From the NCBI RefSeq assembly GCF_009914755.1, contig NC_060947.1: 64,000 bases of DNA; one strand, 5' to 3'. The stretch comes from the human T2T-CHM13v2.0 reference genome, Homo sapiens. Each line of letters begins with the position of its first letter. Position 1 is the first letter of the stretch. Positions 29,340-48,214 of this stretch are shown piece after piece. Both the position numbers and the translations under genes were made by a program. The notes beneath the pieces are model-generated. The model was not told the origin of the DNA. It ran no database searches and saw only the letters and a list, made by a program, of their open reading frames with translations.

Positions 29340-31317
29340 CTGAAAAAAAATAACATAGGGATGCCAGCACCCCTAGTCATTTTCCAATGAGCATTAGTCC
29401 TAGAGCGTCCTCTATGGTCCTAATGCTTATTCCTTTCCAGGGTGTGTAACCACCCATGGACCTCTGCTTATCAGATTAGTTACGCTCACTGATGTAGCAG
29501 TCCTGTACCTGTTTTCCCCCCTTCACCACAAAGAAAGGGATCTAGGCTGCTGGATTCTAGTGGTCCTTTACCAGTATGCCCAACATTGCCTTTGGCTCAG
29601 GGGTGAGTTCTAGAGCTGGGCTGGGTTCCTGAGTATTTCATAATAACACAGTTGCCCCATCAAGATGCATTCCTACAAACAACAGTTCTTATGCAAATTC
29701 ATTTCAGAAAGGGTGTAGGTAACCTTTTGAGTCAGGATTGAGATAGAGTTTTTTGATTCTGTAAATACTTTGAGGCTTGGCTGAGTGCAAAGAGCTCACA
29801 CGTTTGAGCAGACCAATTATTAGGCAATTTTCTTAACTGTGTTTCTACGAGTTTCCCTCAATTATTGAATACCCATTTTGTTTTTCTCTCAATCACCTGG
29901 GAGGAACCATCTATTGTCCTGTCCTGAAGGGAGTTCCTCCTAGGTCTGCTCGGACCTTTGTATGATATTTAAGATTTAAATCCCCTGTTAGGAAATCCGC
30001 TGGGTTAAGGGAGTTTCCAGTGGTTAATGTTAAATTACCCTTTTCTAACAGAATAGCCCCATACTTTAAGATTTTTGAGTTAGTAAGCTACCTTTTTGCT
30101 TTTTTGACTTAGGATGGTTCTGAACTGGTGAGGTGTGCTCACAAACAGGTTTCCTCTAAAGGATAATTTTCTACTTTCTTCCATTAGCAAAGCAGTTGCC
30201 ACTACAGATTTAATGCATTTGGGCCATCTGTGGGTTCCTGGGTTAAGGATTTTTGATAGGAAGGCTACTGGTTGTCAGTGGCCTCAGTGCTTTTGGGCTA
30301 CACCCTTGTTTACACTGATAACAAAGTGGTATTGGAGTGTTATAGGGTCATGGAGAAAACCTTCAGTTATCAATTATAAGTTTCAAATTTACCCCAGCTT
30401 CTAAATAAATAGGGTACACTGTTTTTTCTTTACCACTTCTATCTTTCTCTTTCTCTCTTTCTCCTTTCTGTCTTTGTAGATGGATTTTGGAAACACAGTA
30501 GAAAGATGTTTGCTCGTTGCCCCCATTTGCCACTATAGGAATATGCACCTCTCTTTTATTTACTCAATTTTCTTTCATCCTGATCTATTATGTTGTTGTA
30601 GACCCAGTTCCAGTTGTTAAAGTACTGGGCTATCAGTTCTAAGGCCCTGGCAAGGGTGGTGGGGCATGGGTCCCACATAACTGCCCATTTTGAGAGCTGT
30701 ATGCCTAAAGTGGGAGGGACACGAGGGACAAGACTCCCTGGGTTCATAGCCTAGGGGCCTAAGGACACAGCATAGAGCTTCCTTAGATCCCTTTGGAGAT
30801 ACAAACTGCTCTAATACTTGGGAGAGGAAGTGAAAGTCTGAAGCATTAGTATCTAGGAGACAGGGATCTCAGGAAGCAGGTTCAGAGGTCAGGAGAATTT
30901 TGGGGCTATACTTTCAAGAAATTCATGGTCAGGACCCAGGAGGTATGGGTCAGAAGGAAAGGTAGGGGCACACACATGGGTTACTGTTGAGTAGAGACTC
31001 CTGGCTGTGCCATGATCTCAACTGGCTAATGCTGGGACTTCCGGATGACAGCTTTCTGCCTCTAGTCAGCCCTCAGCTTCCCCAGGAAAATTGAAAGCAG
31101 AAGCTGGTTCCAGGCAGACCAATGCTCCCAACCCAGAAGGGTTGGGGGTTGTTAGAAAGCCCTTTCCCAGACAGCCTCACACCTGAGTCTTAAGTCCAGT
31201 GGCCACACTAATCATTTTTAACTGGCTGACAGGTGCCTAGTATTTTCCTCCAATTCTAAGGAAGGATAGGACAGAATAGCAAGCAAAAGTGGTCCAATAT
31301 TACTCACCGCTTTGGAG

Positions 31318-31335
31318 GTCCCTTTGTGGTCACCA
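31318..31335 (-). other. HERV-W primer binding site
   Basis: TGGTGACCACAAAGGGAC a few bases after the LTR end (31339). Confidence 0.8.
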
Positions 31336-31338
31336 AAA

Positions 31339-35100
<3,762 letters not shown>

Positions 35101-37676
35101 GAGTCTCTCTTCTTGAACTTTATATTTTTCTTAATTAGTCTACTCTGTACCACCCTCTTTTGATTATCATAACTTGATTCTATGTTATAATATCCAAAGT
35201 ACCTTAAACAGTTATGCTCTGTGTCATCATTCTGTATTTCCTTCGTAGTACATGCCACGGTTTCTAATTATCTTTCAATTTGTTTACTTGCTAGTTATAG
35301 CTTTCCTCACATTGAAATATAATCCCCATGAGAGCAGTCTCCATGTCTGTCTTATCATATTCCATCACATGGCACAGGACCTGTCATGATGCAGGCATGT
35401 GATACATTTTGATTAATATGTAAATAAATGGCAACACAAGTCTCGACTTATTATGATTTATTTTCATAATTTATTGGATATTTTTGTAAAATTAAAAAAT
35501 ATTTTTAATTCTTGTGGGTACATAATAGATGTATGTATTTATAGGGTACATGAGATGTTTTGATACAAGCATGCAATGTGAAATAAGCACATCATGGGGA
35601 ATGAGGTATTCATTTCTCAAGCATTTAGTCTTTATGTTACAAACTATCTAATTACACTCTTTTAGTCACTTAAAAATGTAGAATTAAGTTATTATTGACT
35701 GTAGTCACCTTACTGTTCTATCAAAGTGTAGGTCTTATTCATTCTTTCTAACTAATATTTTTGGACCCATTAACCATCTACACCTCACCTACATTCCCCC
35801 TACTACTCTTTCCAGCCTTGGAAACTATCGTTCTACTCTCTAGGTCCATGAGTTTAATTGTTTTAATTTTTAGGTAACACAAGTGAGCACATAAAATGTT
35901 TGTCTTTCTGTGCCTGGCTTATTTCACTTAACATAATGGTCTCCAGTTCCATCCATGTTGTTGCAAATGACAGGATCTCATTCTTTTTTATGGTTAAATA
36001 GTAATCCATTTTGTGTATATGTACCATTTTTTAAATCCATTAATCTGTTGATAGACATGAAGGTTGCTTCAAAATCTTGACTACTGTGAGCAATGCAGCT
36101 ACTTTCTTTTGTGTATTTGCCCAGCAGTGGGATTGCTGGATTATATGGTAGCTTTATTTTTAGTTTTTTGAGAAACCTTCAAACTGTTCTTTATAGTTAT
36201 ACTAGTTCACATTCCCACCAACAGCATATGAGGGTTCCCTCTTCTCCACATTCTCACCAGAATTTGTTATTGCCTGTCTTTTGGATAAAAGTCATATTAA
36301 AATGGTTGAGATGATATCTCATTGTATTTTTGATTTGCATTTCTCTGATGATCAGTGATGTTGAGCACCTTTTCATATGCCCGTTTGCCATTTGTATGTC
36401 TTCTTTTGAGAATGTTTCAGCATCAATTGAAATGATCATATAGTTTTATCTTTCATTCTCTTGATATGATGTATCACATTGATTGATTTGAGCATGTTGA
36501 ATCATTTTGCATCACTGGGGTAAATCCCACTTGGTCATGATAAATGATCTTTCTAATGTACTGTTGAATTTGGATGGCTTTTGTTGTTGTTGTTGTTGTT
36601 GTTGTTGAGGATTTTTATGTCAATATTCAGTAGAGATATTGACCTGCAGTTTTTTTAAAAATATATCTTTGGTTTTGGTATAAGGGTAATACTGGCCTCA
36701 TAGAATGAGAGGAAATATTTGTCCCTTTTCTACTTTTTGGAGTGGTTTTGAATAGAATTGGGATTAGTTCTTTTTTAAATGTTTGGTAGAATTCAGCAGT
36801 GAAGCCATCAGGTCCTGGGCTTTTCTTTACTGGTAGACTTTTAATTACAGTTTCATTCTTGTTACTTGTTATTTGCCTGTTCAGGTTGTGAATTTCTTCC
36901 TGGTTCACTCTTGGTAGGTTTTATTATCTGGGAATTTATCCATTTTTAAAAATATTTTCCAATTTATTGGAAAACAAACAAGCAAGAAAATAAAAACTCT
37001 ATGCCTTAACTTCATCTCTTCTCCTTTTAATGTTTTTCTGTTTCCATTTATATCTTATCATATTTATCATGTCTTGAAAAGTTGTCATTATTTTGATTAG
37101 TTCATCATTTAGTCTTTCTACGTAAGATAACTGTAGTTCACACACAAGACTTACAGTGTTACAATATTCTGTGTTTTTCTGTGCATTTACTATTACTAGT
37201 GAGTTTTGTACCTTCAGATGGTTCTTTGTTTATAACTAATGCCCTTTATTTTTGATTGAAGTACTCTCTTTAGCACTTATTGTAGGACAGGTATGGTGTT
37301 GAAGAAATTCCTTAGCTTTTGTTTCTCTGGGAAAGCCTTTATTTCTCCTTTATATTTGAAGAATATTTTTACTGGATATACTATTTTAGGGTCAAAGTTT
37401 TTTTCTTCAGTACTTTAAATATATCATGCCACTCTCTCCTGACCTGTAATGTTTCCACTTAATAGTCTGCTGCCAGACATATTGGAGCACCATTGAATGT
37501 TAATTGTTTCTGCTTTTAGAATCCTTTATTTATCCTTGACCTTGGGAGTTTGATTATTAAATGCCTTGAGGTATTCTTCTTTGGGTTAAATCTGTTTGGT
37601 GTTCTATAACCTTCTTGTACTCAGATATTAATATCTTTCCCTAGGTTTTTGAAGTTCTCTGTTATTATTCCTTTGA

Positions 37677-38025
<349 letters not shown>

Positions 38026-38254
38026 AACATTAACTCTTAGAGTTGCCCTTTTGAGGCTATTTTCTAGGTCCTGTAGGCGTGCTTCAGTGTTTTTTTATTC
38101 TTTTTTAAAAATCTCTGCTTATGGTGTATTTTCAAATAACCTTTTATTGAACTCACCAATTCTTTCTTCTGTTTGATCAATTCTGTTAATAAAAGACTCT
38201 GATGCACTCTTCAGTATGCCAATTGCATTTTTCAGCCCCCAAATTTCTGCCTGA

Positions 38255-38554
38255 TTTTTTTTTTTGAGCCTGAGTCTCACTCTGTCATTCAGGCTAGAGT
38301 GCAGTGGTGTGATCTTGGCTTACTGCAACCTTTTCCCCTCTGGGCTCATGCAATCCTCCCAGCTCAACCTCCCAAGTAGCTGGGACCACAGATGCATACC
38401 ACCACACATGGCTACATTTTTGTATTTTTGGTAAAGGTGGGGTTTCACCATGTTGCCCAGGGTGGTCTCAAACTCCTGAGCTCTAGTAATCCACCCGCAT
38501 CAGCCTCCCAAAGTGCTGGGATTACAGGCCAGGAGTGAGCCACTGTGCCTGGCC
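38255..38554 (-). mobile_element. Alu (AluJ-like)
   Basis: gggctcatgcaatcctccc, atgttgcccagg, ctcctgagctc AluJ diagnostics. Confidence 0.88.
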
Positions 38555-40074
38555 TTCCATTTGATTTTTTAAAATTATCTCAAAATCTTGTTGAACTTAC
38601 CTGATGGAATTTTGCATTCCTTCTCTGTGTTAACTTGAATTTATCTTAGTTTCCTCAACACAGCTGTTTTGAATTCTGTGTCTAAAAGGTCACATATATC
38701 TGTTTCTTTATGATTGGTTCCTGGTGCCTTATTTAGGTCATAGAATGAGGTAATGTTTTCCTGGATAGTCTTGATACTTGTGGATATTCTTCAGTGTCTG
38801 GGCATTGAAGAGTTAGGTTAGTTATTTATTGTAGTCTTCACAGCCTGAGCTTGTCTGTACCTGTCCTTTTCGGCAAGGTTTTCCAGATATTTGAAAGGAC
38901 TTCGGTGTTACGATCTAAGCTACGTTTGCATTAGGGGGCATCCCATGTTCAGTAATGCTGTGGTTCTTACAGACTCATAGAGGTACTGCTTTGATGTTCT
39001 TAGACAAGACCAGGGGGAATTTTCTGGATTACTAGACAGAGACTCTTGTTATTTTGTATTACCTTTTCCCAAATATACAGAGTCTCTCTCTGTTCTCATT
39101 CACCTAAAGATGGGGGTGAAGTGACACAAGCACCCTTGTGGCCACTACCATTATGACTGCACTGAGTCACCTAAACCCAGCACAGCCCTGAGTCTCACTC
39201 AAGGCCTACCATAACAACTCCCTGGCTATTGCCCATGTTTGTTCAAGGCCCTGGGGCTCTACAATCAGAAAGTGGCAAAACCAGTCAGGTTTCTGTCCTT
39301 TCCTTCAGGGTTGCAAGTTTCCACAGGCTCTGCATGAATCCAGAGGTACTGTTTGGGAGTCAGGAACTAGAGTAAAAAACCATAGAGGTCTACCTGGTAT
39401 GGTACTTGTGTTTGGGTGCTGAGCTGCCACCCAAACCACAAGACATTGTCTTTCTTCCTCTTTCCTCCCATTTCCAAAGGCAGAGGAGCCTCACCTCATA
39501 GTCACTGTCATCACAGGCTACAGAGAGTAATGCCAGACTACCACTGATGTTCCCTAATGTCCAAAGGCTCTTATGTCAGCTTGTGGTGAATGCTTCCTGG
39601 CCTGGCCTGGGATCCACCCTTCAGGTCAGTGGTCTCCCTTTTAGCCAAGAACAGGTCCAGAAATGCCATCCAAGAGTCAAGTCCTGGAATCAGGAATCCC
39701 AAGAAACTACTTGGTGCCCTAACCACTGTGGCTGTGCTGGTACCTCATGTGCAGACAAAGTTTCCTTTACTTTTCCCTCTGCTTTTCTCAAACAGAAGAG
39801 GTTTTATCCTATTGCCAGCACAGCTGGTAATGTGCTTAGTCTCACCTGAAGCTAGGAATTCTCAGAGATTCATCCAAGGCCCTTGATGGAGTACCTGGGT
39901 AGTGCTGCTGGTTATTCAGGGCCAAGGGCTCTTCAATTAGCAGGTGATGACTGCTGCCAGGACTGGGTCCTTTCCTTCAATGCCGTGAATGCTCTTCTGG
40001 CCCAGGGTGTGTCTAGAAATTTTGTTTCAGAGGTAGGGCTTGGAAAGGTGCCTCACAACTCTGTTGCCCTATTT

Positions 40075-43000
40075 TAAAAAGAGATTTAGGTTCCCACACA
40101 ACAATAGTGGGAATCTTCAACACTGCATTGACAGTATTAGACAGATCATCAAGGCAGAAAATTAGAGATATTCAGGACCTTAACTCAACATTAAACCAAA
40201 TGGGTTTGATACACCTCTACAAAACTCTCCATTCTAAAACAACAGAATATATGTTCCTCTCATCACAACATGGCACATACTCTAAAACTGACCACACAAC
40301 AACACATAAAACAATCCTCAGCAAATTAAAAAAAAAAACAAAATTACAGCAAACACATTCTTGGACTACAGTGAAATAAAAATAGAAGGCAAGGCTAAAA
40401 AAATGTGCAAAACCATGCAATTACATGGACATTAAACAACATGCTCCTGAATGACTTCTGGGTAAATAATGAAATTAAGGCAGAAATTACAACATACCAG
40501 AATCTCTGGGACACAGCTAAGGAAGTGTTAAGAGGGAAAGTTATAGCACTAAATGTCCACATCAAAAAGTAAGGAAGATGTCAAATTAACAACCTAACAT
40601 CACAACTAAGAGAATTACAGAGGCAAGAGCAAACCAATCCCAAAGCTAGCAGAAGACAAGAAATAATTAAAATCAGAGCTGAACTGAAGGAAACTGAGAC
40701 ACAGAAAATCATCCAAAAGATAAATGAGTCCAAGAGTGGTTTTTTGAAAAAAAAAATAGCATAAATAGCCTGCTAGCTAGACTATTAAAGAAGAGAGGAT
40801 TCAAATAAAGACAATTAGAAATTACAAGGGGATGTTACCATTGATCCCAGAGAAATAATAACAACAATCAGAAACTACTACAAACACCTCTATGCACACA
40901 AATAGAAAACCTAGCAGAGATGAATAAATTCCTGGACACATACACACCCCCCAATACTGAACCAGAAAGAAATTAATTACCTGAAAAGATAAATAACAAT
41001 AACAAGCTTCAAAATTGAGTTAGTAACAAATAGCCTACCAGCCAAAAACAAAAACAAAAACAAAAAAGTGTCCAGGACCAGATGAATTCACAGCTGAATT
41101 CTACCTGGTGTACAAAGAAGAGTTGGTACAATTCCTAGTGAAACTATTCCAAAAAATTCAGGAGGAGGGACTTCTCTCTAACTTATTCTATGAAGCCAGC
41201 ATCATTCTGCTACCAAAGCCTGGCAAAGACACAGCAGAAAAAGAAAACATCAGGCCAATATCCTTGATGAACACTGATGTCAAAATTCTCAACAAAATAC
41301 TTGCATACTGAATGGAGCAGGACATTAAAAAGCTAATGCACCATAATCGAGTAGGCTTCATCCTTGGGATGCAAGGTTGGTTTAACATATGCAAATCAAC
41401 ATGTGATTCATCACATAAACAGAACTAAAGACAAAACCCACATGATTATCTAAATAGATGCAGAAACAGCTTTCAATAAAATTCAACATCCTTTTATGTT
41501 GAAAACCCTCCATGAACTAGGTATTGAAGGAACATACCTCAAAATAATGAGAACATTCCATGACAAACCCACAGCCAATATCATACTGAATGGGGAAAAG
41601 CTAGCAGCATTTCCTTTGAAAACCAGCACAAGACAAGGATGCTCTTTCTCACTCCTTCTATTCAACATATTATTGGAAGTCTTAGCCAGAGCCATCAGGC
41701 AAGAGAAAGAAATAAAGGGCATCCAAGTAGAAAGAGAGGAAGTCAAACTATTCCTGCTTGCAGATGACATGATTCTATATGTAGATAACCCCACAGTATG
41801 AGCTCAAAAGCTTCTCTACCTGATAAACAACTTCAGCAAAGTTTCAATGTACACAAATCATTCCTGTACACCAACATCAGCCATTGACATTCATAACAGA
41901 ACTAGATGAAACTATTTTGAAATTCCTATGGAAACAAAAAAGAGTCTGAATAGCCAAGGCAGTCCTAAGCAAAAAGAACAAAGCTAGAGACATCATGCTA
42001 CCCAACTTCAAACTATACTACAGGGCTACAGTAATCAAAACAGCATAGCACTGGTACAAGGACAGACACATAGACCAATGGAACAGAAAGATTTTCTATT
42101 TAATAAATGGTGCTGGGAGAACTGGCTAGCCATATGCAGAAGATTGAAACTGGACTCCTTCCTTATGCCACATACAAAAATCATCTCAAGGTAGATTAAA
42201 AACTTAAATATAAAACCCAAAACTATAAAAATTCTAGAAGAAAACCTGGGCAATGTTCAGGACATAGGCACAGGCAAAAAAATTTATGATTAAAAATGCC
42301 AAAAGCAATTTCAAGAAAAGCAAAAATTGACAAATGGAATCTAATTAAACTAAAGAGCTTCTGCACATCAAAAGAAACTATCAACAGAGTAAACATATAA
42401 GCTACAGAATGGGAGAAAATTTTTGCAATTTCTCCATCTGACAAAGGTCTAATATCCACCTCTGTAAGAAACTTAAACCATTTTACAAGAAAAAAAAACC
42501 AAACAACTCCATTAAAAAGTGGGCAAAGGATATAAACAGATACTTCTCAAAGAAGACAAGCATGCGGCTAACAAATATGAAAGAAAGCTCTTCAGTGATC
42601 ACTAGAGAAATGCAAATGAAAGCCACAATGAGATACCATCTCATGCAAGTCAGAATGGCTATTATTAAAAAGTCAAAAAAAAAAAAACAACAACTGATGC
42701 TGGTGAGTTTGTGGAAAAAAAGGAATGCTAATACACTGTTGATGGAAGGGCAAATGAGTTCAACAGTTGTGGAAGACAGCATGGTGATTCCTCAAAGACC
42801 TAAAGACAGAACTACAATTTGACCCAGCAATCTTATTACTGGGTATATACCCAAAGGAATAGAAATCATTCCATTATAAAGATACATGCATGCATGTTAA
42901 TTGTGGCACTATTCACAATAGCAAAGACATGCAATCAACCTAAATGCCCACCAATGATAAACTGGATAAAGAAAATGTGCTACATATATACCATGTGGCC

Positions 43001-43362
43001 ATAAAAAGGAACAAGATCATGCCTTTTGTAGGGGCATGGATGAAGCTGAAGGCTATTATCCTTAGCAAAGTAACGTGGGAACAGAAAACCAAACACTGCG
43101 TGTTCTCACTTATAAGTGGGAGCTGAATGATGAGTACACATGGACACATGGCGGGGGCAGCAATACCCACTGGGCCTGGTCATAGGGTGGTGGGCAGAGG
43201 AAGAGCATAAGGAAGAATAGCTAATGGATGCTGGGATTAATACCTGAGTGACAAGATGATCTGTGTAGCAAATCACCATGACAAACTTTTACCCATGAAA
43301 TAAATCTGCACATCCTTCACATGTATCCCTGAACTTAAAATAAATGTTGGAAATAAAAAAAT
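40075..43362 (+). mobile_element. 5'-truncated L1 (L1PA14/L1PREC2-like), ORF2 to poly(A)
   Basis: EN and RT peptides ([13 protein letters not shown]); 3'UTR ggaagaatagctaatggatgctggg. Confidence 0.88.
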
Positions 43363-43407
43363 AGAAAATGTATAGTGCTTTGAAGCCAATAAAGCTGGTA
43401 TCTAGTA

Positions 43408-45052
43408 TTGTTAAAAAGAATCAATATTATTAAAATGGACATACTGCTCAAAGCAATTTACAAATTCAATTCTATTTTTATCAAGCTACCAATGACCTTC
43501 TTCACAGAACTAAAAAAAAAATTTTTTAATTTATATGGAACCAAAAAAAAAAAAAAAAGAACCCACATAGCCAAGACAGTCCTAAGCAAAAGGAACAAAG
43601 CTGGAGGCATCAGATTGCCCAACTTCAAACTATATTACAGGGACACAGTAACCAAAATAGCTTGGTATTGGTACAAAAACAGGCACATAGACCAATGTAA
43701 CAGAATAGAGAGCCCAGAAATAAGACCACACACCTACAACCATCTGTTCTTTGACAAAGCTGACAAAATCAAGCAATATGGGAAGGATTTACTATTCAAT
43801 AAATGGTGCTGGGAGAACTGGCTAGCCGTATGCAGAAGATTGAAACTGGACCCCTTCCTTACACCACATACAATAATCAACTCAAGACAAATTAAAGACT
43901 TAAATGTAAAACCCAAAAATATAAAAACCCTGGAAGGCAACCTAGGCAATACCATTCTTGACATAGGAATGGGTGAGATTTCATGATAAAGATGCCAAAA
44001 GCAATGGAAACAAAAGCAAACATTGACCAATGGGATCCAATTAAACTAAATAGTTTCTGCACAACAAAAGAACCTAACAACAGAGTAAACAGACAGCATG
44101 CAAAATGGGAGAAAATATTGGCAAACTATGCATCTGACAAAGGTCTAATATCCTGTATCTAGAAGGAACTTAAACAAATTTACAAGAAATAAACAAACGC
44201 ATTAAACACTGGACAAAGGAAATAAACACTTTTCAAAAGAAGGCATACATGTGGTCAAAAAGCACATGAAAAAAAACTCAATATCACTGATAATTAGAGA
44301 AATGCCAATCAAAACCACAATAAGATATCATCTAATGCCAGTCAGAATGGCTATTATTAAAAAGTCAAAAAATAACAGATGCTGGAGAAGTTGTGGAGAA
44401 GAGGGAACACTTATACACTGTTGGTGGGAGTGTAAATTACTTTAACTATTATGAAAAGCAGTGTGGCAATTCCTCAAAGAGCTAAAAACAGAACTACCAT
44501 TTGACTCAGCAATCCCATTACTGGGTATATACTCAAAGGAATAGAAATCATTCTACCATAAAGGCATATGCACATGAATGTTAATTGCAGCACTATTCAC
44601 AATAGCAAAGACATGGAATCAACCTAAATGCCTATCAGTGACAGACTGGATAAATAAAAATATGTAGATATACATCATGGAATACTATGCAGCCCAGAAA
44701 AAGAATAAGATAATGTCGTTTGCCAGAACTTGCATGGAGCTGGAGGTCATTATCCTTAGCAAACTAATGCAGGAAGAGAAAACCAAATATCACATGTTCT
44801 CACTTATAAGTGGTACCTAAATGCTGAGAACTCATGAGAACTTACTTTGTGTCACAACAACAGACACTGGGGCTTACTTAAGGGTGGAGAGTGGGAGGAG
44901 GAAGAGAGTCAGAAAACATAACTATTGGGTACTATACTTAGTACCTGTGTGACAAAATAATCTGTACAATAAACTCCCATGACACAGGTTTACCTATATA
45001 ACAAACCTGCACATGTACCCCCGAACATAAAATAAAAGTAAAAAGAAAAAGA
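43408..45052 (+). mobile_element. 5'-truncated L1 (L1PA13/15-like)
   Basis: 192-aa ORF2 remnant ([25 protein letters not shown]), 3'UTR and A-rich tail. Confidence 0.88.
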
Positions 45053-46123
45053 ATAGGTTTCAGGTGTCTTTGTATTTCTAGTGCAGTCCCTGGCACATAG
45101 TAAGTAATCTAATAATTTGAGTTAAGGTAATGAAGCTCAATTTTAAGTATCAGCCAGCAGGTAGAAGAGAATTTGGGAGGGTTTGGGATCCTGTTTAGTA
45201 GTCTTACCTATTTTGTTAATAATAATGATTGTAAGCTTAAGATAATAATCTTGGCACAAGTTTTCACACATATTATTTATATAGTGACCTAGCAGTCCCA
45301 TAAAAGCACTAGAAATAGTCCTCCTGTTTTCCTGGAAAAATGAGGAGCTAGGAAATTTTAGCACACCACTTATAAGTGAGGCTGACTGACAAGGTAAATG
45401 GAGAGGAATCTATTTTAGAGAGTCTGAAATCAATTTTATTTCACCAATGTAATCCCATTATGATCATCTGCCTGGACTCTTATCTTCCTCTCCCTCTTTC
45501 TCATCCTCTCCTCAGGTACTTCTCTGACAGTCTTATTGTTTAGTTTCTATTCTTTTACTGTTTTTGATGATTCCCTCACTGTTTGCCTGGACAGCAGCTG
45601 ATTTCAACCCTGGCTCTTAGAATAGTATTTTCTCATTAGGCCAAGGTTTTCTTGACTATGTCAGTCTGTGGACTTGTTCTGGACTCTAATTGGTATGGGA
45701 GGTTTTTTCCTTGCCCACATTCAATTATTCACCAGTCTGAGAAAGGCTCCTCTCCCCAATGTTTTCAATTCTTCCTCTCCCATCTTGATTGCTCATTGCT
45801 GTGTTCATCTACATTTTATTGCTACACATCTACCCTTCTAAACAAAAGGTATCAAAAGGCAGTGAGGAAAATCTTGACATCATGACATGTGAAGGAAATC
45901 TTTACACTATCCATTACAACACTTACCACATTGTGTTTTAATGGCTAGTATTCATGTCTTTCTTCCCCATGGGATTGTGAACTTAAGGGAAGGTGCTGTG
46001 GTTTTGTCTTGTATCCTTGCTACCTTACTCAGTGGTTGGTACATAGTAGGCTTTCAGTGTGTAACTTAAGTGAACAAAGCAACCAAAATATTCAATATCA
46101 GGGTGGGTATATAAAACTCAAGA

Positions 46124-46179
46124 CAATAGAGTCTCTTATTTTATCAAAGACCAATAGAGTCTCTTATTTTATCAAAGGC
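46124..46179. repeat. 28-bp tandem duplication
   Basis: caatagagtctcttattttatcaaag(ac/gc) twice, one mismatch. Confidence 0.9.
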
Positions 46180-46266
46180 CATTTGCCCAACATATGTCTG
46201 AACAGACAAAGCCTTTTTTGAAAAAAGCAGGTTATATTTCACAAACTTACTTAGATGCAGAGGAAC

Positions 46267-46462
46267 TTTTTTTATTTTTTAAACTTCAACTTCTATTTTA
46301 GATACAGGGGGACATATGCAAATTTTTTACATGGGAATATTGCGTGATGCTGAAGTTTGGGGTATGGATCCCATCACCCAGGTAGTGAGCATAGTACCCA
46401 ATAGATTTTTTTTTAAACACACGCCTTCTCTCCACCTCCTGATGGTCCACAGTGTCTACCAT
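46267..46462 (-). mobile_element. L1 3' end fragment (L1PA16-like)
   Basis: ttttagatacagggggacatatgca...cccatcacccaggtagtgagcatagtaccc. Confidence 0.8.
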
Positions 46463-47209
46463 TAAGAAGGATTTAAAATAAATCATACTTAATGAGTTTG
46501 TCCAAAATTTTGATAAGTCACATTAAGATGTTTTCTTGTGAAAGTCACTCACAAGGGTCAAGAGTTATGTAATTATTTATTATTGTAAAACACGTGCTTA
46601 AGTTAGTGTGGTAAACTTTAAGCTTCTAAACAATTCTTCAATCTTCAAAAACAAGAAAGTTTATTGGGCACAGTTTAGAGATAAAAGAGTTTAGACTTGA
46701 ATGAAGTTTGGAGATGCAAAGAGTCTCAAGAAATAAAACAGATGCAGTAAGTTACATAAAGTTGTTATATTCATTTTTACTATTTATGATTTAAAAATAT
46801 TTTTATAATAAAAATAGCATGTTTATGACTTTTTAAAAATGGCATTGTTTTATTATATAAGACATATGTGTTCATACAGAAAAATCTAAATGTAAAAAGA
46901 ACAAAAATCACTTGCAGAAATATCACACCAAAATAATTGTGATTAAGAACTTTCTCTAAATAAATCTACACTACTGTTCCGTTATATTCTCAACAAATTC
47001 TTAGCCTTTTCTTATGTATCCTTGTGTATCCTGGAGGTGAGTGAATGTTGGCAGAATCAAGTTTTGGCCACTCCTTGTGCAAGCCTTTCTAGAATACCTA
47101 GCACTTCATTGCCCATTACATTGTTTTTGGCCTTGGACCTTCTATTAAACTGACACAACAGCGAAAGTAAGATTTAGCATCCTGTTACATTAGCTATTAC
47201 TTAGTGGGT

Positions 47210-47430
47210 CTTACTAAATACCAAGAATTAATATCATTTGCTTTACACATATGAACTCATTCAATCCCCAAAGCAATCTAAACAGAGTACAATTTTTACC
47301 CTCATTTTACAGTTGAGAAAACTGAAGGAAAGAGGTTAAGTAACTTGCCTAAGTTTGCTCAGTTAGTTAGTGATGTAGCTGGGAATTGAATCCAGGGGGT
47401 CTGCTTCCAAAGTTTACAACAAATGTGCTG
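47210..47430 (-). mobile_element. MIR
   Basis: ccctcattttacagttgagaaaactgaagg...gttaagtaacttgcctaag. Confidence 0.75.
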
Positions 47431-47949
47431 TGTATGCCTACCATAGAATTATATGTTTTTTCTGTTAGGCCAAGCAAAATGGCTTTATGTTGGTTATAAA
47501 TTATTGGTATTAAAATGCAACCAGACTCTTGAAGCACTGTGGTCATTTTAAAGGCCTCTTCTCATCTTTGTATTCAAGCTGTCCTTTAGAAGTTTCTTGC
47601 AAGGTCAAGAATAATTACTAGTATTTACTGAGTAAATATGGTCACTTGTATTAAAAAATGTATTAACGTATAAAAGTAGTGCATGGACATGTTAAGAAAT
47701 AATTCAAACTAAATTAAAGATATTAAAAAGCAAAAGTCTCTTCCCTCCCTAGCCCTATTGTAAAGTTTCTTGTCTTTCCAGAAATAGTCTATGCATTCAT
47801 AAGCATGTGTAAGAATGTGTGCAAGTATGTGCATGTGTGTGTGTTTAGCAAGTGGCACTACACTTCACAGTCTGTACCTTGGCTTTTTTTACATATATTT
47901 TGACCATCTTTCCATATTTTATGTAAATAACTAAACTCTTTTTTGCATA

Positions 47950-48064
47950 TCTTTATTTTTATTTTATTTCAATAGGTTTTTGGGAAACAGGTAGTGTTTG
48001 TTTACATGAATAAGTTCTTCTGTGGTGATTTCTGAGATTCTGGTGCACCCATGATCCAAGCAGA
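47950..48064 (-). mobile_element. L1PB 3' end fragment
   Basis: caataggtttttgggaaacaggtagtgtttgtttacatgaataagttc. Confidence 0.75.
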
Positions 48065-48066
48065 TT

Positions 48067-48214
48067 TGTAGCCTGGGAGCAATAAACTATACCACAGTAG
48101 GCGATTCCATCCAAGTTTGTGTAAATATACTTTATAATGTTTGAACAATGATGAATTACCTAACAATGCATTTTTCAGAATGGCATCCCCATCATTAAGT
48201 GATGCATAATTGTA
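48067..48214 (+). mobile_element. Tigger3-like DNA transposon 3' end
   Basis: gtagcctgggagcaataaactatacc...catccccatcattaagtgatgcataattgta. Confidence 0.7.
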
